Origin: an uncultured Clostridia bacterium
Lineage (GTDB): Bacteria > Bacillota > Clostridia > Christensenellales > UBA1242
Direction of reading: 5' to 3'
Length of the DNA stretch: 64,000 nt
NCBI GenBank assembly: GCA_944360075.1
Contig: CALVTE010000003.1
Span: 12,964 to 76,963, forward strand
This document shows, in pieces, positions 1 through 13,513 of this stretch. Below the pieces are notes generated by a model, which was not told the DNA's origin, made no database searches, and saw only the letters and a list, made by a program, of their open reading frames with translations. Numbering within the stretch: position 1 is the first letter of the stretch; every line of letters begins with the position of its first letter. Made by a program: the position numbers and the translations under genes.

Positions 1-9
1 CAAAAAAAG

Positions 10-1077
10 ATGGACTGCATTGTCAAAGCCTTTGACTATGAAAGGTTAAAAAATATATTCCTACATAGAAAAATAGAAATTTTAAATGAATATTTATTCA
101 TAAAATCTTTTCAAGTAAGACTGAGCGGGCAAGAAATTTTTTCGCTAAGCAATCTCAGTCAGGTGAGCAAAATCTACTCAGTTTCTGTGGCTTCGGCCAT
201 GATGAATGTGGCAAAAAAAATTTTAAATGTCACCTCTTCTTCTCTTACAGGCAAGGGTGTCACCGTGGCTTTTATTGACACAGGCTTAAGCAGGCACGTT
301 GATTTTGTGGCAGGCAAAAACAGGATAAAAATGTTTAAAGATTTTGTTGGCGAGGGCAAATTTTGCTATGATGACAACGGACACGGCACCTTTGTTTGCG
401 GAGTTTGCTCGGGCTGCGGTATGCTTTCGGGCGGCAAATATTCCGGTGTTGCTCCGCAAAGCGAAATTGTTGCGTTAAAAGCTCTTTCCTCAAAAGGAGA
501 GGCTGGCGCCGACAAGATTTTAAACGCTATGCAATGGATTTATGACAATCACAAAAAATTTGATATACGAATTGTGTGCATGAGTTTTGGCTCTGAGCCG
601 CTGGGTTTTAACGACCCCATTATGAGCGGGGCAGAAGCGCTATGGAAAGAAGGGGTGGTGGTTGTGGCTGCGGCTGGCAACAGCGGGCCGGAATTTCAGA
701 CCATAAAAAGTCCTGGAGTGTCAAAAACAATCTTGACTGTCGGCGGATTTGATGACAACCGTCTTGACGAAGAAAATTTTGATGAAAGGTTTTTTGAGGT
801 AGCTTCCTTTTCTTCCAGGGGGCCTTCTTTCAACCGCTTTAAACCCGACCTGATAGCCCCTAGTGTTGACATAACTTCTTGCGGGCTGAACAACGACTAT
901 GTCAAGCTGAGCGGCACAAGTGTTGCCACTCCAATGGTAGCGGGCATGTGCGCTCTTTTATTGCAATCAAATCCATCTTTGATGCCTGAGCAGGTCAAAA
1001 AAATCATACTCTCGCGTTGTCGTCCAATCTGTTTCAACAAAAATTTGGAAGGCTTAGGCTATCCCAAACTTAGTTGA
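10..1077 (+). CDS. S8 subtilisin-like serine protease (AprX-like, no signal peptide)
   Basis: Catalytic triad motifs FIDTG, DNGHGT and GTSVATP; oxyanion motif AAGNSG; start is at the window edge and uncertain. Confidence 0.85.
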   Translation: MDCIVKAFDYERLKNIFLHRKIEILNEYLFIKSFQVRLSGQEIFSLSNLSQVSKIYSVSVASAMMNVAKKILNVTSSSLTGKGVTVAFIDTGLSRHVDFVAGKNRIKMFKDFVGEGKFCYDDNGHGTFVCGVCSGCGMLSGGKYSGVAPQSEIVALKALSSKGEAGADKILNAMQWIYDNHKKFDIRIVCMSFGSEPLGFNDPIMSGAEALWKEGVVVVAAAGNSGPEFQTIKSPGVSKTILTVGGFDDNRLDEENFDERFFEVASFSSRGPSFNRFKPDLIAPSVDITSCGLNNDYVKLSGTSVATPMVAGMCALLLQSNPSLMPEQVKKIILSRCRPICFNKNLEGLGYPKLS

Positions 1078-1135
1078 AAATATCGTTTTTTAATCAAAAA
1101 AATGTCGATTTTGCAAAATTTTTTATGCCATCAAA

Positions 1136-2185
1136 TCATCTTTCAACTTTCTTAATTTGTTCCAAAATTTTTTCGCAAGCATCAAAAGGTTGCATTTTTT
1201 TCATGTTTTGCCTGTATTTTTCACGGTTTTTTACCAAATTATCAAGTTTTGCCATCAAAGCACTGTCGTAATATTCTTCTTCTTGCAACATATCAGCAAG
1301 CCCCTGTTTTTCAAATAATTTTGCATTTTCTATTTGGTCGCCGCGAGAACATTTTTTTGAAAGGGGGATGAGCAGCATAGGTTTTCTTAAAGCCAGAAAT
1401 TCATTTATTGCACCCGAGCCAGCACGAGAAAGCACAATATCTGCAAATGCCAAAAAATCGCCAATGTTTTCTGCATAGTCAACTTGAAGATAGTTTTTGC
1501 AGACGTGTTTGTTGTCTTTTGCCTGTTTGCCTGCAATGTGCACCACATTGAATTTTTTTGTCAAAGTTTCAAGGTTATCCCAAACTTTTTGGTTGATAAA
1601 ATTTGCGCCAAGCGAGCCGCCCACAACAAGAAGGCAGGGCAGATTTTTGTCAAATTGAGCCATGTTTTTTATTTTGTTTTTGTCGCCATTCAAAACCTTT
1701 TTTCTTATTGGTTGCCCTGTAAAAATGCACTTGTTTTTTCCTTCTGCAGTTTGCTTGAAAGTTGTGCACATCACAGAGCAATTTTTCAAAATGATTTTGT
1801 TGGCAAGCCCAAAAGTCAAGTCGCTTTCATGACTGACAACGGGAAGGCCAAGGCTTTTTGCAGCAAGCACAACAGGCATTGCCACAAAGCCTCCTTTTGA
1901 AAAAATCACTGCCGGCTTTATTTGTCGTAGCAGTTTTTTTGCCTTTTTGATTGAAGAAAAAAGTTTGAAGGGTATAAGAAGATTTTTAAGGGTAAAATTG
2001 CGAGCAAGTTTGACAGTTGGAATTTGATAGAAGCTAATATTTTTTTCTTTTCTAACAATCTCCTGTTCCATGCCGCTGCCGCCAATATAGACAAAATTAT
2101 ATTCCTTTTCCACTCTTTCTTTGACGGCTAGCAGTGGATATATGTGCCCAGCGGTGCCGCCGCCAGTCAAAACCATAGTTTTCAT
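1136..2185 (-). CDS. murG: Lipid II N-acetylglucosaminyltransferase MurG
   Basis: GGGTAGH, KGGFV, HESD, GGSLGA, SRAGSG and RGDQIENA motifs; start moved to ATG 2185 behind an AAGGAG RBS. Confidence 0.92.
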   Translation of the reverse strand: MKTMVLTGGGTAGHIYPLLAVKERVEKEYNFVYIGGSGMEQEIVRKEKNISFYQIPTVKLARNFTLKNLLIPFKLFSSIKKAKKLLRQIKPAVIFSKGGFVAMPVVLAAKSLGLPVVSHESDLTFGLANKIILKNCSVMCTTFKQTAEGKNKCIFTGQPIRKKVLNGDKNKIKNMAQFDKNLPCLLVVGGSLGANFINQKVWDNLETLTKKFNVVHIAGKQAKDNKHVCKNYLQVDYAENIGDFLAFADIVLSRAGSGAINEFLALRKPMLLIPLSKKCSRGDQIENAKLFEKQGLADMLQEEEYYDSALMAKLDNLVKNREKYRQNMKKMQPFDACEKILEQIKKVER

Positions 2186-2441
2186 ATTCTCTCCTTTGTT
2201 ATATATGTTTTTGATATAAAATTTTGCTATGACAAATTTATTATTCCCTTTTTCTGTCAAAAATATTTTTAAAGTATAACACGAAAAAATATACAACAAA
2301 ATGAATAATTATGCACAACCAACTCTTTACATTTTTTAAAAAAGATTGAAAGTAATGTTCTGTTTTGCCCTAAAAAAATTTGTTTAAAAATTTTGCTTGT
2401 GATATAATAAATTAGATTTATATGTGTTTTAAGGAGTTATA

Positions 2442-4412
2442 ATGGCTGGGAAAAACTACGATTCGAAAGATATTGTTGTGCTTGAAGGGTTGGACGCTGT
2501 CAGGCTGCGCCCGGGAATGTATATCGGCACAACTGGAGTGAAGGGGTTTCATCATCTTTTGTGGGAGATTGTGGACAATGCCATTGATGAAATTTCAAAC
2601 GGCTATGGTGACACCATAAGAATCACCTTAAACAGTGACGGCTCTGCAACAGTGGAAGACAACGGCAGAGGCATTCCTGTTGACAACCATCCAACCCTTC
2701 ACAAGTCGGGTGTGGAAGTTGTTTACACCACCTTGCATGCAGGTGGAAAATTTAACAACGCAAATTACAAATTTTCTGGCGGCTTGCATGGCGTGGGTGC
2801 TTCTGTGACAAACGCGCTTTCTTCTTGGTGCAATGTCACTGTATACAAAGACAAAAAAGAATATTTCGTGGGCTTTCATTCCTATCGTGACGAAAATGGC
2901 AAGATGCACAGCGGCGTGGCAAAAGAACCTTTGAAGTGTGTGGGAAAAACCGACAAGCAAGGCACAAAAGTCACCTTTTTGCCTGACAAAGAGATGTTTG
3001 GAAATCTTACTTTCAACTTTGAAAGCGTTTGCAACAGGGCAAGAGAACTTGCCTTTCTCAACAAGGGTCTTCGGATTGTTTTGCAAGATGAGCGAACTGG
3101 CGAAGGCGAGATATATCACTACGAAGGGGGTATTGCTGACTTTGTCAGCTATCTTGTTGAAGGCAAAAACAAACTTTTTGCAAAGCCAATTTATTTTCAT
3201 GGTCAAGACAAAAATTTTGACCTAGAAGTTGCTTTTATCTACACCGATTCCTACACAGAAAGCAGTTTTTCTTTTGTCAACAACATTCCAACCATCGAAG
3301 GCGGCACGCATGAAACAGGATTTAAAAGCGCTTTCACAAAAGTGATGAATGATTGGGCCAGAAACAATAACCTTTTGAAAGAAAAAGAGTCAAACCTTTT
3401 GGGCGAAGATTTTCGCGAAGGCATCACCGTTGTGTTGAATGTCAAAATGAACAATGTTCAATTTGAAGGGCAAACAAAAACCAAACTTGGCAATCCTGAA
3501 GCAAAAACGCTGGTGGAAAGCTTGACCATCAAAGCCCTTTCTGCCATTTTGTCTGACAAGAAAAACTCTTCTGCAGGTGAAGTGATTGTGGGCAAGGCTA
3601 AAGGCGCGGCAAAAGTGAGAGAGGCAGCCAAAAAAGCCAAGGAACTGACAAGGGCAAAAAATTCAGCCGAAAACTTTAACTTGGTTGGCAAACTTGCCGC
3701 TTCCACTTCAAAAGACAGAGAAAAATCTGAACTTTTTATTGTGGAAGGCGATTCAGCTGGCGGAAGTGCAAAACAGGGGCGAGATAGACGCTTTCAAGCC
3801 ATTTTGCCGTTGCGCGGAAAACCTTTGAATGCTGAGAAAAAAAGAATTGACCAAGTGCTTGCAAATGAAGAAATCAGAACCATCATTTCAGCCTTAAACA
3901 CAGGCATAGGCCAAGATTTTGACCTCTCAAGCTTAAGGTATAACAAAGTGATTATTCTTTCAGATGCAGACCAAGACGGGGCTCATATTCGCGCCATTTT
4001 GCTGACCTTCTTTTTCAGGTATATGCGAGAACTTATCAACGATGGCCATGTGTATATCGGTCTGCCGCCATTATATAAGGTTTACAAAAAAGATTATACC
4101 GAGTATGTGTATTCTGATGCGGAGCTGCCACAAGCCATTGCAAGAGCAGGGCGCAACTATAGCCTGCAAAGATACAAAGGGTTGGGAGAGATGAATCCTG
4201 ACCAACTTTGGGAGACAACAATGGACCCTGACAAACGCAATTTGATCAAAGTCAGCATTGACGATGCAGCAGAAGCAGAAAGGCTGGTGACCACACTTAT
4301 GGGTGATGATATTGAAGCAAGAAAGCAATATATCAATCAGCACGCAAATTTTGATAAAGAAGATGAATTTTATAAAAACTACAGCAAAGTCAACACCAAA
4401 GCGGCAGATTGA
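2442..4412 (+). CDS. parE: Type IIA topoisomerase subunit B (topo IV ParE-type)
   Basis: LEGLDAVRLRPGMYIG, EIVDNAIDE, GGLHGVG, VEGDSAGG, PLRGK, DADQDG and YKGLGEM; the paired A subunit lacks a GyrA-box. Confidence 0.8.
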   Translation: MAGKNYDSKDIVVLEGLDAVRLRPGMYIGTTGVKGFHHLLWEIVDNAIDEISNGYGDTIRITLNSDGSATVEDNGRGIPVDNHPTLHKSGVEVVYTTLHAGGKFNNANYKFSGGLHGVGASVTNALSSWCNVTVYKDKKEYFVGFHSYRDENGKMHSGVAKEPLKCVGKTDKQGTKVTFLPDKEMFGNLTFNFESVCNRARELAFLNKGLRIVLQDERTGEGEIYHYEGGIADFVSYLVEGKNKLFAKPIYFHGQDKNFDLEVAFIYTDSYTESSFSFVNNIPTIEGGTHETGFKSAFTKVMNDWARNNNLLKEKESNLLGEDFREGITVVLNVKMNNVQFEGQTKTKLGNPEAKTLVESLTIKALSAILSDKKNSSAGEVIVGKAKGAAKVREAAKKAKELTRAKNSAENFNLVGKLAASTSKDREKSELFIVEGDSAGGSAKQGRDRRFQAILPLRGKPLNAEKKRIDQVLANEEIRTIISALNTGIGQDFDLSSLRYNKVIILSDADQDGAHIRAILLTFFFRYMRELINDGHVYIGLPPLYKVYKKDYTEYVYSDAELPQAIARAGRNYSLQRYKGLGEMNPDQLWETTMDPDKRNLIKVSIDDAAEAERLVTTLMGDDIEARKQYINQHANFDKEDEFYKNYSKVNTKAAD

Positions 4413-4446
4413 AAAATATAAATTAGCTTTAGGATAAGGGGATAAT

Positions 4447-6930
4447 ATGCAGGAAAATTTTGAACAAGAAAAAATGGATATAAAGTCCAGCCAAGTTGAC
4501 CAATGGGGATTGCCAAATGATAGCGGCTCTGACCAGGGCGGCGAAAAAGGCATTATTTACAAAAGCATTGACGAGGTTTTGCATGAGTCGATGATTCCAT
4601 ACACCGAGTGCGTGGTTATGGACAGGGCTTTGCCAAGGGTGGAAGACGGGCTGAAACCTGTGCAAAGACGCATTTTGTATTCAATGCTCGAGCTTGGCAT
4701 CACGCCTGACAAACCATATCGAAAAAGTGCCAGAATTGTGGGTGACTGCCTTGGCAAATATCATCCGCACGGCGATAGTTCTGTTTATGATGCCATGTGC
4801 CGTATGGCGCAAGACTATGTGCTGCGCGCCCCTCTTGTTGACGGTCATGGAAATTTTGGCTCTATTGACGGCGACAGCCCAGCCGCTATGCGTTACACAG
4901 AGGCAAGGCTGACTCCGCTTGCTATGGAACTTATGAAGGATCTTGAAAAAGACACAGTAAGGTGGAGTTTAAACTTTGACGACACATTGAAAGAACCCGA
5001 CATGATGCCGGGGCGATTTCCAAACCTGCTTGTTAATGGCGCTTCTGGCATTGCAGTTGGAGTGGCCACAAACATTCCTTCTCACAACCTTGGCGAAGTG
5101 ATAGATGGCGTGGTGGCATATATTGACAATCCAAATATCAAACTTGAAGAGATGATGAAAATCATCAAAGCTCCAGATTTTCCAACAGGCGGTCAGATTA
5201 TTGACACCGCTGGAGGGCTTAAGTCGGCTTACGCAACTGGCAAAGGCAAAATTTTGCTCAGAGCGAAGGTAGAAGTTGAAAAACAAGGCGATAAAACGGC
5301 GCTTGTGATCAGTCAGTTGCCATATCAGGTCAACAAGGCGCTTTTGCTTCAAAAAATTGCAGAACTCAAAGAGCAGAACAAAGACAAACTTGCTCCAATC
5401 AGTGAAATTCGAGATGAATCTGACCGAACTGGAATGAGGGCTGTGATAAGGCTTAAAAAAGATGCCAACGTTAAGAAAATTTTGGAATATCTTTACAAGT
5501 CTACAAACCTTCAAATTTCCTATGCAATCAATATGGTGGCTATTGCGGGCGGCAAACCTAGACTTATGGGGTTGCTTGAAATAATTTCTTACTACGCGCA
5601 GTATCAGCGAGAGATTATTGTCAGACGCACCAAATATGACCTTAACATGGCAAAGGAACGGGCTCATATTGTTGAAGGTCTCCTGGTTGCCATCAAAAAT
5701 ATTGACGAAGTGATCAAAATCATCAAAAAGTCAGCCACCACAAGTGAGGCAAGGCAAAAACTTCGCGAAAGATTTAGCTTGTCGGAAAAACAGGCGCAAG
5801 CAATTTTGGATATGCGTCTGGCAAGGCTTGTCAATTTGGAAGTGAACAAACTTGAAGAAGAACTTAAAATGCTCAAAGCAAAAATAAGTGAATATGAAAG
5901 AATTTTGGCCTCCAAAAAAGCTCAATTTGATGTGGTTAAAAAAGAAATTTTAGAGATAAAGCATAACTACGCAACAAAACGTCAATCAAAAATCTTAAAA
6001 GACGACGAGGTTTGCGTGGTAGAGGCTTCCGATAAGGCTGAAAATGACGCGGTCGATGTGGTTGTGGCCATCTCTTGTGGCAACACTATCAAACGGCTTT
6101 CCACAAAAAATTATTCTATGAGTCAAAAGTCTTTATCAGACAATTCCACCATCACAGACGTGCACTCTCAAGTGCTGAAAGTGCCATCAAATGAGCAACT
6201 GTTTATCGTGACAAACAAAGGCAACTGCCTTAAAGTGACGGCTGGCCAGATAAAAGAGTGCAAATGGCGTGACAAGGGGCTTTCGCTCAACCAAATTGAC
6301 AAAAATATTTCTCAAGACGAAATTCCTATCAGCATTTTAACCCTTCAAAAAGAGGGCTATGTGCTGTTTATGACAGAAGAAGGCATGGTTAAAAAATCGG
6401 CAATCAATGATTTGGTAGTTTCAAAATCGGTTTATCAAGTTGTAAAAATCAATGACGGCGACAATCTCATCAGCGCTGAAATAGTAAAACAAGACCAGCC
6501 AATTTTGATGCTTTCGGCTTTGGGTATGTCTCTTTGCTTCTCTTCAGCCGAAGTGCCTCTTCAAGGTAGAATTTCTGCAGGTGTGAAGGGGATAAACCTT
6601 GATGAAGGCGACAAAGTGATCTTTGCAAAGGTTGTTGACTTTGAAAGCGTGGTGGTTGTTTCAAACAAAGGCTACATCAAAAAAATCAAAACCTCGCAGT
6701 TTGCCCTTGCTTCAAGATATAGAAAAGGGTTGAAATATATCAATTTGGCTCCGTCGCAGAAAGTATACTTTGCTTGCGCCGACCAAGGAGGCTGCGTGCT
6801 GGCTGTGGATTTTGGGTTGAAAATTTTGCCGCTAGAAACAAAAAAACTGCCTTATAGCGACAGGCTTTCGGCTGGAAACGAAATCATCAAGAAAAACTTT
6901 TTCTCCATCAATCAATATTCACTGTTATAA
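4447..6930 (+). CDS. parC: Type IIA topoisomerase subunit A (topo IV ParC-type)
   Basis: [26 protein letters not shown] and [10 protein letters not shown] (catalytic Tyr); beta-pinwheel C-terminal domain has no QRRGGKG GyrA-box. Confidence 0.8.
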   Translation: MQENFEQEKMDIKSSQVDQWGLPNDSGSDQGGEKGIIYKSIDEVLHESMIPYTECVVMDRALPRVEDGLKPVQRRILYSMLELGITPDKPYRKSARIVGDCLGKYHPHGDSSVYDAMCRMAQDYVLRAPLVDGHGNFGSIDGDSPAAMRYTEARLTPLAMELMKDLEKDTVRWSLNFDDTLKEPDMMPGRFPNLLVNGASGIAVGVATNIPSHNLGEVIDGVVAYIDNPNIKLEEMMKIIKAPDFPTGGQIIDTAGGLKSAYATGKGKILLRAKVEVEKQGDKTALVISQLPYQVNKALLLQKIAELKEQNKDKLAPISEIRDESDRTGMRAVIRLKKDANVKKILEYLYKSTNLQISYAINMVAIAGGKPRLMGLLEIISYYAQYQREIIVRRTKYDLNMAKERAHIVEGLLVAIKNIDEVIKIIKKSATTSEARQKLRERFSLSEKQAQAILDMRLARLVNLEVNKLEEELKMLKAKISEYERILASKKAQFDVVKKEILEIKHNYATKRQSKILKDDEVCVVEASDKAENDAVDVVVAISCGNTIKRLSTKNYSMSQKSLSDNSTITDVHSQVLKVPSNEQLFIVTNKGNCLKVTAGQIKECKWRDKGLSLNQIDKNISQDEIPISILTLQKEGYVLFMTEEGMVKKSAINDLVVSKSVYQVVKINDGDNLISAEIVKQDQPILMLSALGMSLCFSSAEVPLQGRISAGVKGINLDEGDKVIFAKVVDFESVVVVSNKGYIKKIKTSQFALASRYRKGLKYINLAPSQKVYFACADQGGCVLAVDFGLKILPLETKKLPYSDRLSAGNEIIKKNFFSINQYSLL

Positions 6931-6931
6931 C

Positions 6932-6960
6932 AAGTCCGAGCGTTAAGCTCGGCTTTTTTT
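6932..6960 (+). terminator. Intrinsic terminator after parC
   Basis: AAGTCCGAGC-GTTAA-GCTCGGCTT followed by a T run. Confidence 0.75.
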
Positions 6961-7226
6961 GCTGCCGTGTTGCTTTTTTGCAACTTTTTTTGCAAAATAG
7001 TTTGTGTTTTTATAAAAAAATTGTTAAAATATATCAGGCGATAGCTTAAGCCCAAGAAGTTGGTCAAAATTTTTTGAGAAATTTTTTGGCCAAAACGCAT
7101 AAAGACAAATCTCGCAAATATAATAGGAATAGATTTTCGACAATTTTTTGCTTTATTCAACAATAATCAGCAAAATTTTGGTTTGTTTAAGTCTTGAAAA
7201 AATTTATTATTAAAAGTGAGGTTTGT

Positions 7227-7991
7227 ATGCCATTTTGTGTTATCAAATCTAGAACAATCAAAATCTTTCTTGCAATGGTGGCCGTTGTTGTTTTGCTTGC
7301 AATTTCTTTTGAGGGTGGATCAGCCGCTCAGGTGTGGTTTGGTTATAGCACCCGCCTTGTGCCAGTCTATAGAGTGGAAAGGCAAGAAAAACAGGTGGCA
7401 ATTTCTTTTGATGCTGCTTGGGGCGCTGACAAAACACAGCAGATTATCGATGTGCTGAAGCAATATGATGCTGGAGCAACTTTCTTTTTGGTCGGGTTTT
7501 GGGTGGATAAGCATCCTGAAATGGTCAAAGCTATCGACCAAGCGGGTTTTGAAATCGGCACTCACTCCAACACTCATCCAGACATGGCAAAAATAAGCCA
7601 AGAAAACATTGCCAAAGAGCTTGACATTTCCACTGAAAAAATCAAGGCAATCACGGGCAAAGAGGTGACGCTTTTCAGACCGCCTTACGGCTCTTATAAC
7701 AACCAACTTATTTCGGCCTGCAATCAAAGAAATCTTATTCCAATTCAATGGGATGTTGATTCGCTTGACTGGAAGGGCTTGTCTGCCACCGAGATTACCA
7801 AAAGGGTTGTGACAAAGGTGGAGAGCGGCTCGATTATATTGATGCACAACAATGCCGACAATGTTGTTGACGCACTCAAAATGGTGCTTGAAAGATTGAC
7901 CAATGATGGCTATCAGATAACTTCTGTCGGGCAGCTTGTTTATCACTCAAATTATACGATTGACAGAAATGGAGTGCAACACTCAAATTAA
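7227..7991 (+). CDS. pdaB: Polysaccharide deacetylase, sporulation PdaB-like
   Basis: N-terminal hydrophobic anchor; ISFDAAWG, HSNTH, FRPPYG, DSLDW and ILMHN NodB motifs. Confidence 0.75.
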   Translation: MPFCVIKSRTIKIFLAMVAVVVLLAISFEGGSAAQVWFGYSTRLVPVYRVERQEKQVAISFDAAWGADKTQQIIDVLKQYDAGATFFLVGFWVDKHPEMVKAIDQAGFEIGTHSNTHPDMAKISQENIAKELDISTEKIKAITGKEVTLFRPPYGSYNNQLISACNQRNLIPIQWDVDSLDWKGLSATEITKRVVTKVESGSIILMHNNADNVVDALKMVLERLTNDGYQITSVGQLVYHSNYTIDRNGVQHSN

Positions 7992-8002
7992 AAGGAGAAA
8001 TT

Positions 8003-8671
8003 ATGGAGAACACATCAGTATTAAGCTTAGAAAACAACAAAGCGCAAATTTTTGGAGAAGTTGCAGAAGACAAAATTGAAACATATCAGAGCAATGGAGA
8101 TGTTTTTTATGAGCTGAAAATCAACGTTTCAAGATTGTCAGGGGCGATTGACAAAATTCCAGTCACAATTCCAAAAAGCCTTATGGAAAGTGAGAAGGTT
8201 GACTTCAAACATGGTGACAAAATTGGTTTTAGTGGCGAGTTTCGAAGCAGAAATTTTCAAGAAGAGGGCAAAAGTCATTTGATTTTGACTCTTTTTGCAA
8301 AAGAAATATTGCAAGAGCAAAATGTTGCCGAAAAAGATACAAACAAAATCTTCTTAAGCGGATTTTTGTGCAAAAAACCTGCTTATCGCGACACTCCTTT
8401 TGGCAGGCAGATTTGCGATATACTTTTGGCTGTCAACAGGCCTAGCAAGAGAAAATCTGACTATATTCCATGCATAATTTGGGGCAGAAATGCCGTTTTT
8501 GTGAAAGATTTGCAGGTGGGCACAAAAATAAACTTGATGGGCAGAATTCAATCGAGAGTTTACACCAAAACGCAGGAAAACGGGTCGGTCAGCGAGCATA
8601 CCGCTTACGAAATTTCTGTCAATAACTTTAAAATAGAAAAACAATCTGACGAAGCAAAAGTTGAAGCTTAA
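8003..8671 (+). CDS. Single-stranded DNA-binding protein with two tandem OB folds (clostridial type)
   Basis: Repeated SSB motifs: NKAQIFG...GEFRSR and NKIFLSG...DYIPCIIWGRNA...GRIQSR. Confidence 0.8.
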   Translation: MENTSVLSLENNKAQIFGEVAEDKIETYQSNGDVFYELKINVSRLSGAIDKIPVTIPKSLMESEKVDFKHGDKIGFSGEFRSRNFQEEGKSHLILTLFAKEILQEQNVAEKDTNKIFLSGFLCKKPAYRDTPFGRQICDILLAVNRPSKRKSDYIPCIIWGRNAVFVKDLQVGTKINLMGRIQSRVYTKTQENGSVSEHTAYEISVNNFKIEKQSDEAKVEA

Positions 8672-8701
8672 AAATAAATATGCGCTTTTAGGCGCATTTT
8701 T

Positions 8702-9472
8702 TTAATTTTCAATCTGCTCGGCCAAAACTTTTGCTTGTTGCAAAATTTCAAAGTAGCGGTATTTTATCAGCGACGACATCGTTTGCTGCCAGCTGATTGT
8801 GATTCCGCTGCACAGCCGCTGCAGTGTTTCGGTTAGTTTTTCAAGCCCGAGAGTTAGGTTTTCGAGCGTTTGATTTTCAATTTCTCCAAACAAAATTTTG
8901 TAATCGGCCACCACTGTGTGTATGGCTGAAAAAGCAGAATTTATGGCCAGACGGGTAGAAATTTCATTATAGACGTTTGTGTCAAGGCTAAGAGCGATGT
9001 CAAACAAAAGTCTATAGGCGTTTTCGTGAGCATTCAAAGCTTTTTGCAGCACTTTTTTCTCTTCGCTATCAAGCGTCAGATTGATTTGCAAGGCGGGGAT
9101 TTTCAAGTTTAGAACAAGGCAATCCAAATTGTGATTTTGCTTTATGCTCTCTTGCACCAAAGCTGCATCAGCGCTGTTAAGGTAGGCCGAACTTGTCAGG
9201 TAAAAATATCCATCTTTTTCAAGCACAAAGCCTGCCGCGCCTTTGCAGCGATAGTCCTTTGCAAGGCTTTCTGCGCCGGCTTGAGTGAGAGAGCGGTCAA
9301 AACATATCACATAAAAGTCGAGAGCATTTGACGAAAGGGTGCAGGCCGATTTGTCAGTGGTTTTTAAAAGCAGCATGGAAAGAAAATTTGCAAGTATAAG
9401 AGAGGCAACAAAAAAAAGACAAAGAAGAATTGCAAGAAAACTTTTTTTGATTTTTTTTGCGTTTTTTGGCAT
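8702..9472 (-). CDS. Membrane-anchored hypothetical protein, possible SPOR-like domain followed by a helical bundle
   Basis: Lys-rich N-terminus plus TM; AESLAKDYRCKGAAGFV segment resembles the SPOR repeat pattern. Confidence 0.5.
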   Translation of the reverse strand: MPKNAKKIKKSFLAILLCLFFVASLILANFLSMLLLKTTDKSACTLSSNALDFYVICFDRSLTQAGAESLAKDYRCKGAAGFVLEKDGYFYLTSSAYLNSADAALVQESIKQNHNLDCLVLNLKIPALQINLTLDSEEKKVLQKALNAHENAYRLLFDIALSLDTNVYNEISTRLAINSAFSAIHTVVADYKILFGEIENQTLENLTLGLEKLTETLQRLCSGITISWQQTMSSLIKYRYFEILQQAKVLAEQIEN

Positions 9473-9615
9473 AAAATGTTGACTTACTCCCAATTATGTT
9501 TTATCACTTTAATGTATGAGCAAATTTATCAATCTATGAAGGGTTTTTGCCTTAAAAATATTTTGAAAAAATTGATTTGTGTCATATAATATAAAAGTGA
9601 TAAGGAGAATTAACT

Positions 9616-11530
<1,915 letters not shown>

Positions 11531-11568
11531 AAGTGGACTGACTTAGAAAAAAAAGCATATTGAAAAAT

Positions 11569-12354
11569 TTAGTCAATATGCTTTTTTTCTGTTTTATAAA
11601 ACATTTTCGTCAAAACTTTCAGCACCAAAGATTTTGGAAAGAACTTTTGCAGTTGATAAAGTATTTTGTTACGCATGCCCATCACATATTGTGGTTTGAG
11701 GCGTTTTTTTGACATAATTTTGGTCAAAATTTTGACTGCTTTTTCCAGTGGCATACGTTTGTCTTGTGCTTTGTCAATCTTTTCGGCGGAAAGTTTGACG
11801 GAAGAGCCATATCTTTGGTTTGTCTCAAAATTTTTGATACGATTTTTTGTGAATTCTGTTTTAATGTCGCAAGGACAGATTGCTGTAACCTGAATTTTGG
11901 TTTGGCAAAGCTCCATTCGAAGGCAATCACTCAACATGCTCAGCGCTGCTTTGCTGGAGCAGTAAAATGCCCGAAAAGGCAAAGGGAAAAGAGCGCAGGC
12001 AGAAGAAATATTGACGATTTTTCCATTTTTTGACATCATAGGAATGGCCAGTTGCAAAGCAAAAGTTGCACCAATCACATTGACTTCAAATTCTCGTCGC
12101 AACTGTTCTTCCTTTGTCAGCTCTATCGCTCCAGAAAGGCCAAAGCCTGCGTTGTTGACAAAAAGGTCAATGCTTCCCATGTTATTTTTGATTTGCTCAA
12201 ACACTTTTTCAAGCCCCTGTTTGTTTGAAACGTCGCATATATAGTCATCGTTTGACCTGCTGATTCCCACCACGTTATGACCTTTAGACTTAAAAAAATC
12301 TTTGAGAGCCTTTCCAATCCCGCTTGAAGAGCCTGTTATAACAATATTCATCAT
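11569..12354 (-). CDS. Short-chain dehydrogenase/reductase
   Basis: TGSSSGIG, NNAG and YCSSK motifs. Confidence 0.9.
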   Translation of the reverse strand: MMNIVITGSSSGIGKALKDFFKSKGHNVVGISRSNDDYICDVSNKQGLEKVFEQIKNNMGSIDLFVNNAGFGLSGAIELTKEEQLRREFEVNVIGATFALQLAIPMMSKNGKIVNISSACALFPLPFRAFYCSSKAALSMLSDCLRMELCQTKIQVTAICPCDIKTEFTKNRIKNFETNQRYGSSVKLSAEKIDKAQDKRMPLEKAVKILTKIMSKKRLKPQYVMGMRNKILYQLQKFFPKSLVLKVLTKMFYKTEKKHID

Positions 12355-12465
12355 TATTCTCCTAATTGTTTTTCTAAAAAGAGTATATACTAAAAATGTA
12401 AAATGCCAAAACGATTTGACTATTTTGTCAATTATCGCTATACTAAACTAGGTAGAGGTGTTTCA

Positions 12466-12966
12466 ATGAACAAAACAAAAAAGTGGCTTCTTATTTTTTC
12501 AACAATTTTTCTTTTGCTTGGCATAGGCTATGACATCTACGGCATAGTGATCTATTTTCTCGCGCCAGTTGCTGGCCGCTCGGCGCTGTTTTATTTGATT
12601 TTTGATTTTATTCGCCTTGGCTTTATGATTTCAGTTGCCGTGATGATGATTTATGTGCTTTGGGGCAATGGAAAACATTTCAGAGAGCGATATCGCTATT
12701 TTGTTTCTTCATTTATCATTTCAATTTGCTTGAATATTTTTTCAGTTTCCACCATTTTGATGATTATTTCAATTTATTTCAACGACTCAGTTTTTGTTAT
12801 GCCAGAGCAAAAAATGCAGCAGCAAGAAGACAAAGATGTTGTTGACATCACGCCAGAAGGAGTGCCAAGCGAAAAGGAGATGAAAATCGAAGCCCTTCGC
12901 AAAATGCTTCAAGAAGGCAAAATCACCAAACAGCAGTTTGAAGAAGAACTTGTCAAATTGCTTTAA
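12466..12966 (+). CDS. Membrane protein with C-terminal SHOCT-like domain
   Basis: About 3 hydrophobic segments; C-terminal LRKMLQEGKITKQQFEEEL. Confidence 0.65.
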   Translation: MNKTKKWLLIFSTIFLLLGIGYDIYGIVIYFLAPVAGRSALFYLIFDFIRLGFMISVAVMMIYVLWGNGKHFRERYRYFVSSFIISICLNIFSVSTILMIISIYFNDSVFVMPEQKMQQQEDKDVVDITPEGVPSEKEMKIEALRKMLQEGKITKQQFEEELVKLL

Positions 12967-12984
12967 AAAACAAGGAAGAGCGGC

Positions 12985-13434
12985 TTAGTTTCTCTTCCTT
13001 TTTTCTTGAAAAAATGCAGACAAAATTTGACTGATTTGTTTTTGATATGTTTGGTCAAAAACCATTTCTGTATGATGGTTGAGCCGGTTGCTTTTCAAAA
13101 TTTTTTCACACAAATTTTCTTCCGAAGTTTTTTCTTGGCAGCCATAAACAAGTTTGTCAATTCGGGCGTTGACAATGGCACCAGCACACATCGGGCAAGG
13201 CTCTAGCGTGACATAAATTTGGCAGCCGTCAAGTCGCCATGAATTCAATTTTTTGCAGGCTTTGTCAATGGCAACAATCTCGGCGTGCATAAGGGCGTTT
13301 TGATTTTTTTCTCGGCAGTTATATCCACGCGCAATGATTTTGCCATTTTTGACAATCACAGCGCCGATTGGCACTTCATCTTTTTCAAGGGCTTTGTTTG
13401 CCTGTTTGATTGCCTCTTCCATAAAGTTTAACAT
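12985..13434 (-). CDS. tadA: tRNA adenosine(34) deaminase
   Basis: EVPIGAVIV, HAE and TLEPCPMCAGA. Confidence 0.9.
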   Translation of the reverse strand: MLNFMEEAIKQANKALEKDEVPIGAVIVKNGKIIARGYNCREKNQNALMHAEIVAIDKACKKLNSWRLDGCQIYVTLEPCPMCAGAIVNARIDKLVYGCQEKTSEENLCEKILKSNRLNHHTEMVFDQTYQKQISQILSAFFQEKRKRN

Positions 13435-13513
13435 GATCTTATTTTAATAAAAAAAATTGCTAAAGTAAAGCGGTTTTGTTGTGTTTTTGCCTTTATTGTT
13501 GTATAATTGAAAA

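Noticed and set aside
2442-6930. Calling the pair DNA gyrase, or a quinolone-resistance allele
   Set aside because: No GyrA-box and no oriC-type context; the [12 protein letters not shown] carries the usual Ser and acidic residues.
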